A DNA stretch of 64,000 nt from Saprospiraceae bacterium (GCA_020846655.1 JADLDL010000255.1:654-64653), one strand, 5' to 3'; numbered from the stretch's first letter, positions 56,819 through 64,000 are shown. A program made the numbers and translations. Notes: generated by a model from the letters alone, not told the origin.

Positions 56819-57748
56819 ATGGAAACAAGTAACCGGCCTGAACCTTCAGGCGCAATCACCCTCCATATGATCCGGCGTTTTTTTCAATTGCTCGCTCCTT
56901 CCATGCCGACCCGCTCGAACCAGTTTGCCCTCCTGGCGGCCAGCCTCGCCTTTGGTTTGGTGTATGTGTTGCTGGCCTCGGCCTTTATCCTGAACCAGTC
57001 GCCCGAAGGAATTTTGCCGGGCAAAGCGGATCGGATCTTTCAGGTGCAGAAATGGGTGGCAAAAGCCGACGGTGAACGCCTTGCCTCCGGCAAAACAGCC
57101 GGCCTGATCGCACCGGTACTGGCCGCCAACCTGCCGGAAGTGGAAGGCAGTGCCCGGCTCATGGGCTGGCCGGAGGAAGTGACGCTTACGGGGTCCAACC
57201 GGAGTTTACCGGTCAAACACTGGACCTTTGCCGACCCCGGCTTTTTGTCGCTGTTTGAAGTAGAATTTTTGCGCGGCCATGCTCAGGCCGCACTCTCGAT
57301 TCCCGGGCAACTGATTCTCACCGAGTCGGTAGCCCGCAAATTATTCGGCACACTCGACGTGCTGGGCAAACCTCTGCTCGGGCTCGGCGGCAAAATATAC
57401 ACGGTAAGCGGCGTCGTGCGCAATCCCTCAGCCCAATCCAAACAAGCCTACGATGTGCTGGCTTCCTGGTCGTCCACCACCAATACCAGGTTCCATGATT
57501 TCCGGTTTATGAACAACTGGACCGGCCAAACCGTAGAAACGTACTTGTTGTTGCGCACGGCCGCTGCTGCGCCGGCTACCGAGAGCCAGATTCCCCAACT
57601 TATCGGCAAGCAAATACCCGGGAAATGTGACTTTTTTCTGCAACCTTTGCTCGAATCCGCCGCCAAAACCGGTGCGCTGGAATTGAAAAAAGTAGAAAAA
57701 TCAACCCTCTTCGAACGTCAAGATGCTCCTAAACATATCGACGGCTAA
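56819..57748 (+). CDS. truncated FtsX/MacB-type permease: first TM helix plus periplasmic domain only (possible gene remnant)
   Basis: 309 aa. It has a TM helix (FALLAASLAFGLVYVLLASAF) and MacB_PCD-like blocks (FADPGFLSLFEVEFLRGHAQAAL, LILTESVARKLFG, YTVSGVVRN). No FtsX TM bundle follows, and its 3' end overlaps the GNAT gene by 26 nt. Confidence 0.6.
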   Translation: METSNRPEPSGAITLHMIRRFFQLLAPSMPTRSNQFALLAASLAFGLVYVLLASAFILNQSPEGILPGKADRIFQVQKWVAKADGERLASGKTAGLIAPVLAANLPEVEGSARLMGWPEEVTLTGSNRSLPVKHWTFADPGFLSLFEVEFLRGHAQAALSIPGQLILTESVARKLFGTLDVLGKPLLGLGGKIYTVSGVVRNPSAQSKQAYDVLASWSSTTNTRFHDFRFMNNWTGQTVETYLLLRTAAAAPATESQIPQLIGKQIPGKCDFFLQPLLESAAKTGALELKKVEKSTLFERQDAPKHIDG

Positions 57749-58244
57749 TCCGGGCGACATCCCGGCCTTGCTCCCCATGATCAACAGTGCCTACCGGGGC
57801 GAATCGTCTAAAAAGGGCTGGACCACAGAGGCTGATCTGCTGAGTGGCGAACTGCGCACCGATGCGGACAACCTGAAGGCCCTGCTGGAAAAACCCGGTG
57901 CGGTGATCCTGCAACTTTCCGACGCCGAAGGCGCCCTCGCTGGATGTGTTTTTTTGGAAAAACGCGGGCAGCGCTTGTACCTCGGCATGCTGACCGTTTG
58001 GCCCGAGCGACAAGCACAGGGTATCGGCAAACAACTGCTGGCCGCTGCCGAAGCGCATGCCCGCCAACAAGAGTGCAACGCTATTTTTATGCGCGTTCTG
58101 TCCGGCCGCTCCGAATTGATCCAATGGTACGAACGGCACGGCTATGCCGCTACCGGCGAACGCCAGCCCTACGATGCCCCGCCACAATTTGGCGTCCCAC
58201 GCCGGGACTTGGATTTTATCCTGATGGAGAAACCCATCCGGTAA
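57723..58244 (+). CDS. GNAT family N-acetyltransferase
   Basis: 173 aa. The acetyl-CoA-binding motif A-like block is VWPERQAQGIGKQLLAAAEAHA. Confidence 0.8.
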   Translation: MLLNISTANPGDIPALLPMINSAYRGESSKKGWTTEADLLSGELRTDADNLKALLEKPGAVILQLSDAEGALAGCVFLEKRGQRLYLGMLTVWPERQAQGIGKQLLAAAEAHARQQECNAIFMRVLSGRSELIQWYERHGYAATGERQPYDAPPQFGVPRRDLDFILMEKPIR

Positions 58245-58259
58245 ACACAAAAACAAAGA

Positions 58260-58317
58260 CATCAACAAGCAATGGGGTGGTTTTTCGTACGAAAAACCAC
58301 CCCATTGCTTGTTGATG
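58260..58317. terminator. 58-nt perfect palindrome (29-bp stem) between convergent genes; probable bidirectional terminator
   Basis: CATCAACAAGCAATGGGGTGGTTTTTCGT / ACGAAAAACCACCCCATTGCTTGTTGATG is exact by my base-by-base check. It lies 16 nt after the GNAT stop and 58 nt after the stop of the Cys-rich peptide gene. The T/A runs are inside the stem rather than trailing it. Confidence 0.55.
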
Positions 58318-58375
58318 CGTGCCGCCATTTTGCCACTAGTGGGTTCGGCAACACGTCGGCACAAAAGATACCCGC

Positions 58376-58744
58376 TTAGATCCGCTCTGTTTTAGCGCCG
58401 GATTCGGAACTTTTACCAGGCGAACACTGGGAGGGCTCGCAGTTGCTGGGCTTGCATTTGGACGGGTCGCAATTTGCGGGGTTGCAGTCGGCAGGCTTGC
58501 AGTTGGCGGGGTTGCAGGCGGCGCTTTTGGTGGTGGTGCTGACCGAAGTTTGGCGCGCGGATACAGATTGCAGGCTGGCGGCTACCGTGGTGGGTGCAGC
58601 CGCATCGCTTTTCAGGCTGGTTTTGGCCGTCGAGCAAACGGCTTTGCAGGCCGGCGATTGGGCCTGGCAGGATTGTGCACAAAGGTCGCAGGTGCAGCAC
58701 AAGCCCACAACGAGGGCTACCGTGAAGAAGATTACTTTTTTCAT
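58376..58744 (-). CDS. small secreted Cys-rich protein with seven cysteines at strict 5-residue spacing
   Basis: 122 aa with signal peptide MKKVIFFTVALVVGLCCTCDLCAQ. The C-terminal part reads CNPAN-CKPAD-CNPAN-CDPSK-CKPSN-CEPSQ-CSPGK and is encoded by 15-nt tandem DNA repeats at about 58440-58545. I recognise no family. Confidence 0.65.
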   Translation of the reverse strand: MKKVIFFTVALVVGLCCTCDLCAQSCQAQSPACKAVCSTAKTSLKSDAAAPTTVAASLQSVSARQTSVSTTTKSAACNPANCKPADCNPANCDPSKCKPSNCEPSQCSPGKSSESGAKTERI

Positions 58745-58865
58745 GTGGATTGAATTAACTGGATACAGGTGAACCCGGAAACCGCCGGGCGTTCGGTACC
58801 AACCGGGCTGCGGTCTGCAATGCCGATTGATGCTGCAAAGATGCCGGCTGGGACCAATGCCGGGG

Positions 58866-58904
58866 TGTTTTGCAGGCGTTAGGCACTTGTTAAGCGCCTG
58901 TTAA
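58866..58904 (+). promoter_or_regulatory. four hexamers phased at 11 bp (candidate OmpR/PhoB-type response-regulator boxes)
   Basis: The hexamers are TGTTTT (58866), CGTTAG (58877), TGTTAA (58888) and TGTTAA (58899), with starts exactly 11 nt apart. They lie 56-94 nt upstream of the kinase ATG at 58960, in the spacer shared with the divergent Cys-rich peptide gene. Confidence 0.3.
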
Positions 58905-58959
58905 ACGGGGATTGGCGCCTCCGAAATAGCCCTTCCTTTGTGCCAGCAAATCGACGCGC

Positions 58960-60189
58960 ATGAAAATCAACCATATTGCCTGGCTCATTGCAGCAGCCGC
59001 CTTGGCCATCCTGGCCCTGATCGCCTTCCAGGTCAGTTGGATGCGCCATTCCCGCAGCCTGATCGAAGAGCAGTTCAACAACCGGGTCAACATGGCGCTG
59101 TGTTCGACCGTGGAAAAAATAGCGGCCGACCCCGCTTGTTCGAATGATTTGCGGGCTTGTTGTGCCCCCGCAAACGCCTCGGGCTGTCGTGCGACGTTTG
59201 ATGAGGTGTTGCAAAAACCGGAAATGGGCGCCTTGCTCACCGAGGCCTTGCATTTTTACCAAATTGACCTGCCCTACCGGGTGCTGATTTCGCCCAAAGA
59301 CAGCGGTACTGCTGCTAGCCGAACGCCCTTTTCTTGCTCCCTGAATCCCGTGCTGGAAGACGACACCCATTTGTTGCAACTCGAATTCCAGGGCCGCAGC
59401 GAATATTACCTGCACCGCATGGGCGCCATGATCGGCGCCTCTGTAGGCATCCTGCTGTTTATCTGCCTGATTTTTGCGCTGGCAGCCTACTACCTGCTGC
59501 GGCAAAAACGCCTGAGCGACCGGACTGTGGATTTTTTCAACCACATGACCCACGAATTCCGCACGCCCCTCACCAATATGCGGCTGGCCAGCAACCTCAT
59601 GGCCCGCAAGGACCCCACTTTGGCCGACAACAAATACCTCCACATCATCCGGCGGGAATGCAGCCAATTGACCCACCAGGTCGAAAACGTCCTGCACCTG
59701 TCCAACCTGGAAAAAGGCGACTACCAACTCCACAAAGAGACCATCGACCTACAAGCGCTCGTACAAGAGGTGGTGCAAAGCATGGATCTCCAAATTCAGG
59801 ACAAGGCTGCACAAGTCGACATTCAAGTCGGTGCTGGCCCCTGCATCGTGCAGGGCGATGCCTTTCACCTGGGCAATGCCTTTCGCAATATTTTAGATAA
59901 TGCGCTGAAATACAGCCCACAACAACCACAGGTCAACATCAGCATCGAGGCCCGACCTGCGGGCTGCACGATTAGTTTTGAAGACAATGGCATCGGTATT
60001 CCGGCGCGCGAACGGCGCAAAATTTTCAGAAAATTTCACCGCTGCGAGGCCGCCGTGTCGTCGGGCGAAAAAGGATTTGGCCTGGGCCTGGCCTACGTCC
60101 GCAAAATCGTTGAACTGCACCGGGGACAGGTCCAGATCAGCAACAGCAAGCAACCCGGCACCCGTTTCGATCTCTTTTTCCCGGCTTAA
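58960..60189 (+). CDS. sensor histidine kinase (two TM helices, Cys-containing extracytoplasmic loop, HisKA plus HATPase_c)
   Basis: 409 aa. The H-box FNHMTHEFRTPLTNM follows directly after TM2. N/G boxes are present (LDNALKYS, DNGIGI, GFGLGLAYV). The sensor loop contains CSTVEKIAADPACSNDLRACCAPANASGC. Confidence 0.85.
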   Translation: MKINHIAWLIAAAALAILALIAFQVSWMRHSRSLIEEQFNNRVNMALCSTVEKIAADPACSNDLRACCAPANASGCRATFDEVLQKPEMGALLTEALHFYQIDLPYRVLISPKDSGTAASRTPFSCSLNPVLEDDTHLLQLEFQGRSEYYLHRMGAMIGASVGILLFICLIFALAAYYLLRQKRLSDRTVDFFNHMTHEFRTPLTNMRLASNLMARKDPTLADNKYLHIIRRECSQLTHQVENVLHLSNLEKGDYQLHKETIDLQALVQEVVQSMDLQIQDKAAQVDIQVGAGPCIVQGDAFHLGNAFRNILDNALKYSPQQPQVNISIEARPAGCTISFEDNGIGIPARERRKIFRKFHRCEAAVSSGEKGFGLGLAYVRKIVELHRGQVQISNSKQPGTRFDLFFPA

Positions 60190-60201
60190 TCCCGCTTTCC
60201 C

Positions 60202-60909
60202 ATGAACAACAGTGAAAAACACATTCTCATCGTCGAAGACGACCTGAACCTGGGCCTTTTGCTCATGGACCTGCTCGAATCCGAAGGCCTGCGCGTCACC
60301 TGGAAACGCGATGCCCTCAGCGGCCTTCAGCAAGCCCAGCGCCAGCGCTTTGATCTGTGCATCCTGGACGTCATGATGCCCGGTATGGATGGATTTAGCC
60401 TGGCCAAAAACCTGCACCACCAGTTTCCTCAACTGCCGTTTTTGTTCCTGACCGCCCGTCTCCTGCGCGAAGACAAACTCAAAGGCTATGCCCTGGGCGC
60501 CGAAGATTACCTGACCAAGCCCTTCGACGAGAGCGAATTGTTGTGCAAAATACAGGTGATCCTACGCCGGCAAACTGCCGAAATGGCCGCTCCGGCCGAG
60601 CCAGAAACCGTTCAGTTGGGCCGCTATAGTTTTGATGCCAGCCGACAGGAACTGCGCCTGGGCGAACAGGCCATCCGGCTGACTGAAAAAGAAAACGAGG
60701 TGCTGCATTTGTTGTGTCAATACCAGAACCGCATCCTGCGCCGGGAAGAGGCCGTGGCTAAGATTTATGGCAAGTACGATTACTTTCTCGGCCGGAGTTT
60801 TGATGTTTTTATCTCCCGCTTGCGCAAAATGCTCCGCGAAGACCCACAAATCAGCATTGAAAATGTGTTCCGGGTGGGTTTTATCCTCAATGTTGACGAT
60901 GGTCATTAA
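60202..60909 (+). CDS. OmpR/PhoB-family response regulator
   Basis: 235 aa. It has a receiver domain (ILIVEDD, ILDVMMPGMDG, LTAR, KPF) and a winged-helix domain (LTEKENEVLHLL...DVFISRLRKML). The last 4 codons and the stop lie inside the IS terminal repeat. Confidence 0.9.
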   Translation: MNNSEKHILIVEDDLNLGLLLMDLLESEGLRVTWKRDALSGLQQAQRQRFDLCILDVMMPGMDGFSLAKNLHHQFPQLPFLFLTARLLREDKLKGYALGAEDYLTKPFDESELLCKIQVILRRQTAEMAAPAEPETVQLGRYSFDASRQELRLGEQAIRLTEKENEVLHLLCQYQNRILRREEAVAKIYGKYDYFLGRSFDVFISRLRKMLREDPQISIENVFRVGFILNVDDGH

Positions 60910-60943
60910 ATCGTGTCAAAAAAATAGTCAAAAAATCGTGTCA
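60894..60943. repeat. IS terminal inverted repeat (transposase-distal end)
   Basis: TGACGATGGTCATTAAATCGTGTCAAAAAAATAGTCAAAAAATCGTGTCA. It contains two copies of AATCGTGTCA. Confidence 0.85.
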
Positions 60944-60954
60944 AAAACCAGCAG

Positions 60955-61947
60955 TTAGTTCGGCATAACTAATGCCTTTGATTGGAGGCATGCCAAAAGT
61001 TCTTTGTCATTGTAGCAATTCAAATTCAGGGTAATCGGATCGAAAGTGATTCTAATCTGGGCTTGAGTTGGGAGGTTTTTGTGGTAGTATATTTTTCTGC
61101 CAAGAGAGAATGTTTTGACGGAAGAAGCCCTCCTAAACCATTCCATGTTACTGAGCAGGGACTTGACCCGTTCCACATCGAAGTGTTCGGCCTCCCTGGC
61201 TGGGCAAAAGTTTCTGCCAGAGTGTTGGGCATGGGGGTATTGTGCCAAAGGAGGTTTGCCTATTGTAGAGCAGGGTATTTTTTTGTTTAGTTTGTCCATT
61301 CTGATTTGAGCCAGGTCGTTCAATGCTTCTATGGAGTTATATTCGGTCCTTCGTTTCAGTTGCTTATGTATGGTTTGATGGGTGCGTTCGACGATTGCCT
61401 GGTCAGTTGGCCGGAATGACCTGGCGTGTTGAAACTCCACGCCCAGGCCAATAAGCCACAGGTGCAAGGGCGTGGGGAAAGGGCTTTTGATGTTGCTTTC
61501 CCAAAAAAGGGTGCCCCGGTCAGTTTGTATGGCCACCGGAAGGCCAACCTGGCCGAAAGCTTTCCTGAGCATTTCAACATAGTGTTTTGTCGAAGGGTGC
61601 GAGCGGCTATGGGCATAGGGTATACAAAGGCAGCCGGAGTGAACACGGCTGAATACGTCCTTGACATTTAAAATGCCCACATAGCCCAAGCCAGGATAGA
61701 TTTCTGCGCCCTTGTCGTCCATTTGCCACAGATCATGTACGCCGCCCCCTTGCTGTTTCTTTGCACAAGGAAAGGACCGGTTGGGCTCATATTTTTGAAC
61801 ACTTGACAAGCCCCTAAACAAGCGCGTTAAGGAAGATATGCTCGGTATTTTGCTCCCTGTAGGCAGTTCATCCTCCAAATCTGATTGTATGCTTACAGGG
61901 CCTCGGCCAACATATTCATTCTTAATATTTAGGGCCGTTGACCGCAC
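60955..61947 (-). CDS. IS transposase OrfB (integrase-core/rve DDE domain)
   Basis: 330 aa from a GTG start. The candidate DDE residues lie in LWQMDDKG, IQTDRGTLF and AIVERTHQT. The frame is actually open upstream to 62058, so it overlaps OrfA. Confidence 0.85.
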   Translation of the reverse strand: MRSTALNIKNEYVGRGPVSIQSDLEDELPTGSKIPSISSLTRLFRGLSSVQKYEPNRSFPCAKKQQGGGVHDLWQMDDKGAEIYPGLGYVGILNVKDVFSRVHSGCLCIPYAHSRSHPSTKHYVEMLRKAFGQVGLPVAIQTDRGTLFWESNIKSPFPTPLHLWLIGLGVEFQHARSFRPTDQAIVERTHQTIHKQLKRRTEYNSIEALNDLAQIRMDKLNKKIPCSTIGKPPLAQYPHAQHSGRNFCPAREAEHFDVERVKSLLSNMEWFRRASSVKTFSLGRKIYYHKNLPTQAQIRITFDPITLNLNCYNDKELLACLQSKALVMPN

Positions 61948-62162
61948 TTCAGCGCCAAAACTCCCGCAGGCCCCAATTGGCGGGCGGCCTCTGGGAGGAA
62001 ACAGATCGCCATTTTTTTTAAAATGGAAAGGTACTTCCTCACAACCCGGGGCTTCAAATCACTCAATTGAATAATCTCTCGCGGTTTTTTGCCCGATTGG
62101 AATTGCTTTTCAATGAACTTTATTTGTTCTAAGGTCGCTTTTTGATTCATCTGCCCGCCCAT
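61929..62162 (-). CDS. IS transposase OrfA (helix-turn-helix part)
   Basis: 77 aa (…ATLEQIKFIEKQFQSGKKPREIIQLSDLKPRVVRKYLSILKK…). It contains an A8 run at 62012-62019 where a -1 shift joins it to OrfB. Confidence 0.7.
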   Translation of the reverse strand: MGGQMNQKATLEQIKFIEKQFQSGKKPREIIQLSDLKPRVVRKYLSILKKMAICFLPEAARQLGPAGVLALKCGQRP

Positions 62163-62190
62163 TTTTATGGTGACATTTAAGCCTCAAAAG

Positions 62191-62241
62191 TGACACGATT
62201 TTTTGACTACAATTTTTGACACGATTTAATGACCATCGTCA
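62191..62241. repeat. IS terminal inverted repeat (transposase-proximal end)
   Basis: The reverse complement reads TGACGATGGTCATTAAATCGTGTCAAAAATTGTAGTCAAAAAATCGTGTCA. Confidence 0.85.
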
Positions 62242-63891
62242 ATGTGCGGGACTAAACGGCCCGCGAACGACCCAAAAATGAGCGGTCTCTTCCACTACCC
62301 TGCCCTCCTGCAGCACCTGCCGCGTCAGGGCCAGTTCCCGGTCGATGCCCAACCGATCGGCATAGGCTTTTTCTACCAGCAATACGGGAGTTTGTGCCGC
62401 CAGCGCTTGTTCTACCAAGGCCTGTGCGCCCTGCATTTCGCGGCGCACTACCCAATCAAGCGGCAAGGGCGCGGTGGTATTGGTTAAAAAATTAGCCAGC
62501 GGAAAGGCTGGCAGGGTTTTGACATTCGGCCCGTAGCGCAGCGCCAGATCGCGCAGGTCCCGGTAGCGGGCTGCCGTTGCCGGCGTGCTGTAAATACCCT
62601 GCAAACGCGGAAAAATATCACCCAAAGGGACGTTCATTTCGCTGCGCAAACCATCGCGGTACACAAAGGCATAGCCCCAGCGAAACAACAACAGCAGCGC
62701 CAGTAAAACCCAAACGGGCGCCCCAGCGACACGCCGGCCGGGGAATGCCGCAGCAAAAAGGTTGGAGGAGATTTCCAACAGCACCATTACCCAGGGTACT
62801 GCAAACAGAATGGGCAAATTGTAGCCCCAACTCAGCGCTGCGCACCAACTCAAGCCCAACAAAACCAGCAGCCGCAAGCCTCGCTCCTTCGCCCAATGCC
62901 CTGTTTTGATTTGGAAAATCAGGTACCCGACAGCCAGCACAAAGGCCAGGCGGCTTTGCGCAAACGGCGCCGTGAAATCCTGACGCTGCCCAACTGCCCA
63001 GGCGTAACTGCCGCCCAGCACACCCAGCCACAACACCCAGGTCCAAAAGGCCGTTTTGGGGCGGCGCCCGGTCCCAAACCAGCGCAGCACCGGTATCCAG
63101 CCAAGTACACTTGCTCCCGCCAAAACCGGCGCAATGCGCAAATAATCCACCACGCCGTGTTGAAACCCCTCTCCGCCGGATGCAGCCCCGGCCGTCATTT
63201 GCCAAAAACCCGCCCAGCAATTACTCAAATACAAGTAACTGAAAAACAAGAGCATGGCTAAGCCTATTCCGGAAAAAGCAAAAATCGCTGATGGCTTTTT
63301 TTCAGGGTTACTGTGCCCAAACTGCCAGCCTGGCGGCGCCGCCACCATCGCCAGCCAGATCAGGGCCATCGGATAAAAAGACTGCTTGCACAACAGGCAC
63401 AGGGCCATGCCAACGCCGGACAACAAGCCGCCCCAGCGCCCCGACAACCTGTACCAAGCCCAGATACTCAGCGCCCCGAACAAGAGACCATCGACAGTGT
63501 GCCAGGCTGCTGCCGGGTAGCAATGCGCCGACACCACAAAACCCAGCGTCGCCAACATCCAGCGCCGGCTTCCAACAGCCAAAACCGAGGCGCCCAGCCA
63601 GCAATAGGCCGCAATCTTGCCATAAAACAACCAGCGCTCCACCAACACCGGAGCCGTTTCGGACAGCAGCGAGAGTTCCAGGGCGCGCCACCAGACCGGC
63701 AACGGCGGCCGGACATATACCACATCAGCATACAGCAATTTGCCGGAAAGCAATTGCCAGGCCAGCCCGGTCAGGAAACCGCCATCGGTCTCATTGATGC
63801 CGTAGGGAGCATAATACGCGCAGTATCCGAGCATTATGGCCCAGAAAAAAGCAATCCACATCCAGCGGTCCCGACGATTGACGTGGTTCAT
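62239..63891 (-). CDS. polytopic membrane protein, possibly a GT-C (ArnT/PMT-like) glycosyltransferase
   Basis: ORF 62239..63984 has a TTG start and its frame is open to the window edge. I prefer the start MNHVNRRDRWMWIAFFWAIML (CAT at 63889-63891). It has more than 10 predicted TM helices, and the first loop carries an acidic motif (INETDGGF). The family assignment is tentative. Confidence 0.5.
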   Translation of the reverse strand: MNHVNRRDRWMWIAFFWAIMLGYCAYYAPYGINETDGGFLTGLAWQLLSGKLLYADVVYVRPPLPVWWRALELSLLSETAPVLVERWLFYGKIAAYCWLGASVLAVGSRRWMLATLGFVVSAHCYPAAAWHTVDGLLFGALSIWAWYRLSGRWGGLLSGVGMALCLLCKQSFYPMALIWLAMVAAPPGWQFGHSNPEKKPSAIFAFSGIGLAMLLFFSYLYLSNCWAGFWQMTAGAASGGEGFQHGVVDYLRIAPVLAGASVLGWIPVLRWFGTGRRPKTAFWTWVLWLGVLGGSYAWAVGQRQDFTAPFAQSRLAFVLAVGYLIFQIKTGHWAKERGLRLLVLLGLSWCAALSWGYNLPILFAVPWVMVLLEISSNLFAAAFPGRRVAGAPVWVLLALLLLFRWGYAFVYRDGLRSEMNVPLGDIFPRLQGIYSTPATAARYRDLRDLALRYGPNVKTLPAFPLANFLTNTTAPLPLDWVVRREMQGAQALVEQALAAQTPVLLVEKAYADRLGIDRELALTRQVLQEGRVVEETAHFWVVRGPFSPAH

Positions 63892-64000
63892 CCGGCGTTC
63901 AAGAGTCGTGCTTTCAGGAGGGATTGAAATTTGGCTTCGCCAAAACTTGCCGGGTCGATGCGACCCATTTTGGGTGCCGAACAAGCGTCTTTGCTGAGGT

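Larger units (their letters stand above)
60894..62241 (-). mobile_element. insertion sequence (~1.35 kb) with ~50-bp imperfect terminal inverted repeats and a DDE (rve) transposase
   Basis: The terminal repeats are 60894-60943 and 62191-62241: 29 nt identical, a 2 vs 3 nt gap, then 19 nt identical. The termini are TG...CA. Flanking direct repeats are ATGT (60890-60893 / 62242-62245), extendable to TCAATGT. GC is visibly lower than in the flanks. Confidence 0.85.

Noticed and set aside
57729-58364. A 211-aa minus-strand ORF crossing the GNAT gene and the 58-nt palindrome.
   Set aside because: It is antisense to a GNAT with a clear acetyl-CoA motif and runs through a perfect hairpin. It has no family features.
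63892-64000. A possible upstream extension of the membrane-protein ORF (frame open to the window edge), or the 3' end of another minus-strand gene in a second frame that would stop near 63914.
   Set aside because: This cannot be resolved from 109 nt. The MNHVNRRDRW...TM-helix start at 63891 is the most conventional N-terminus, so I did not annotate an extra feature.

Overview
The window looks like a chromosomal segment of a Bacteroidota genome. Six proteins end in type IX secretion (T9SS) C-terminal domains, SprB-type repeats are abundant, and GC is in the mid-50s % by eye. I support about 47 densely packed protein-coding genes on both strands. I found no rRNA, tRNA or CRISPR array.

Content falls into three groups:
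1. Housekeeping and carbohydrate genes: kup (truncated by the left edge), GH13 amylase plus beta-phosphoglucomutase, sppA, der, yebC, PduO-type adenosyltransferase, GH3 beta-glucosidase, CCA-adding enzyme, dusB, dut, a sugar nucleotidyltransferase and a THUMP RNA methyltransferase.
2. About 19.5 kb (roughly 30 % of the window) of large secreted T9SS cargo genes. These include a 2129-aa adhesin with 16 SprB repeats, a cohesin/dockerin protein, a CotH-LTD protein, and a PAP2/vanadium-haloperoxidase-like protein with MopE-type repeats.
3. An accessory stretch at 51.3-62.3 kb. It holds two full and one truncated FtsX/MacB-type permease genes with no ATPase gene, a small ORF, a GNAT, a secreted peptide with a C-x4-C periodic motif, a divergent histidine kinase/OmpR-type regulator pair, and a freshly inserted IS element.

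I did not recognise any canonical defence, toxin-antitoxin, retron or DGR system, and I cannot claim a clear-cut new system. The most unusual things I can show are:
- A single in-frame TAG splitting a T9SS cargo gene.
- An IS inserted exactly in the 17-nt overlap of two convergent genes, leaving both ORFs open, with an A8 -1 frameshift site in its transposase.
- The tightly coupled CRTAC1-like / haloperoxidase-like gene pair.
- The permease, Cys-peptide and two-component neighbourhood, with phased 11-bp boxes in its intergenic region.
- Several long perfect hairpins.

Most functional calls rest on motif recognition by eye and need database confirmation.
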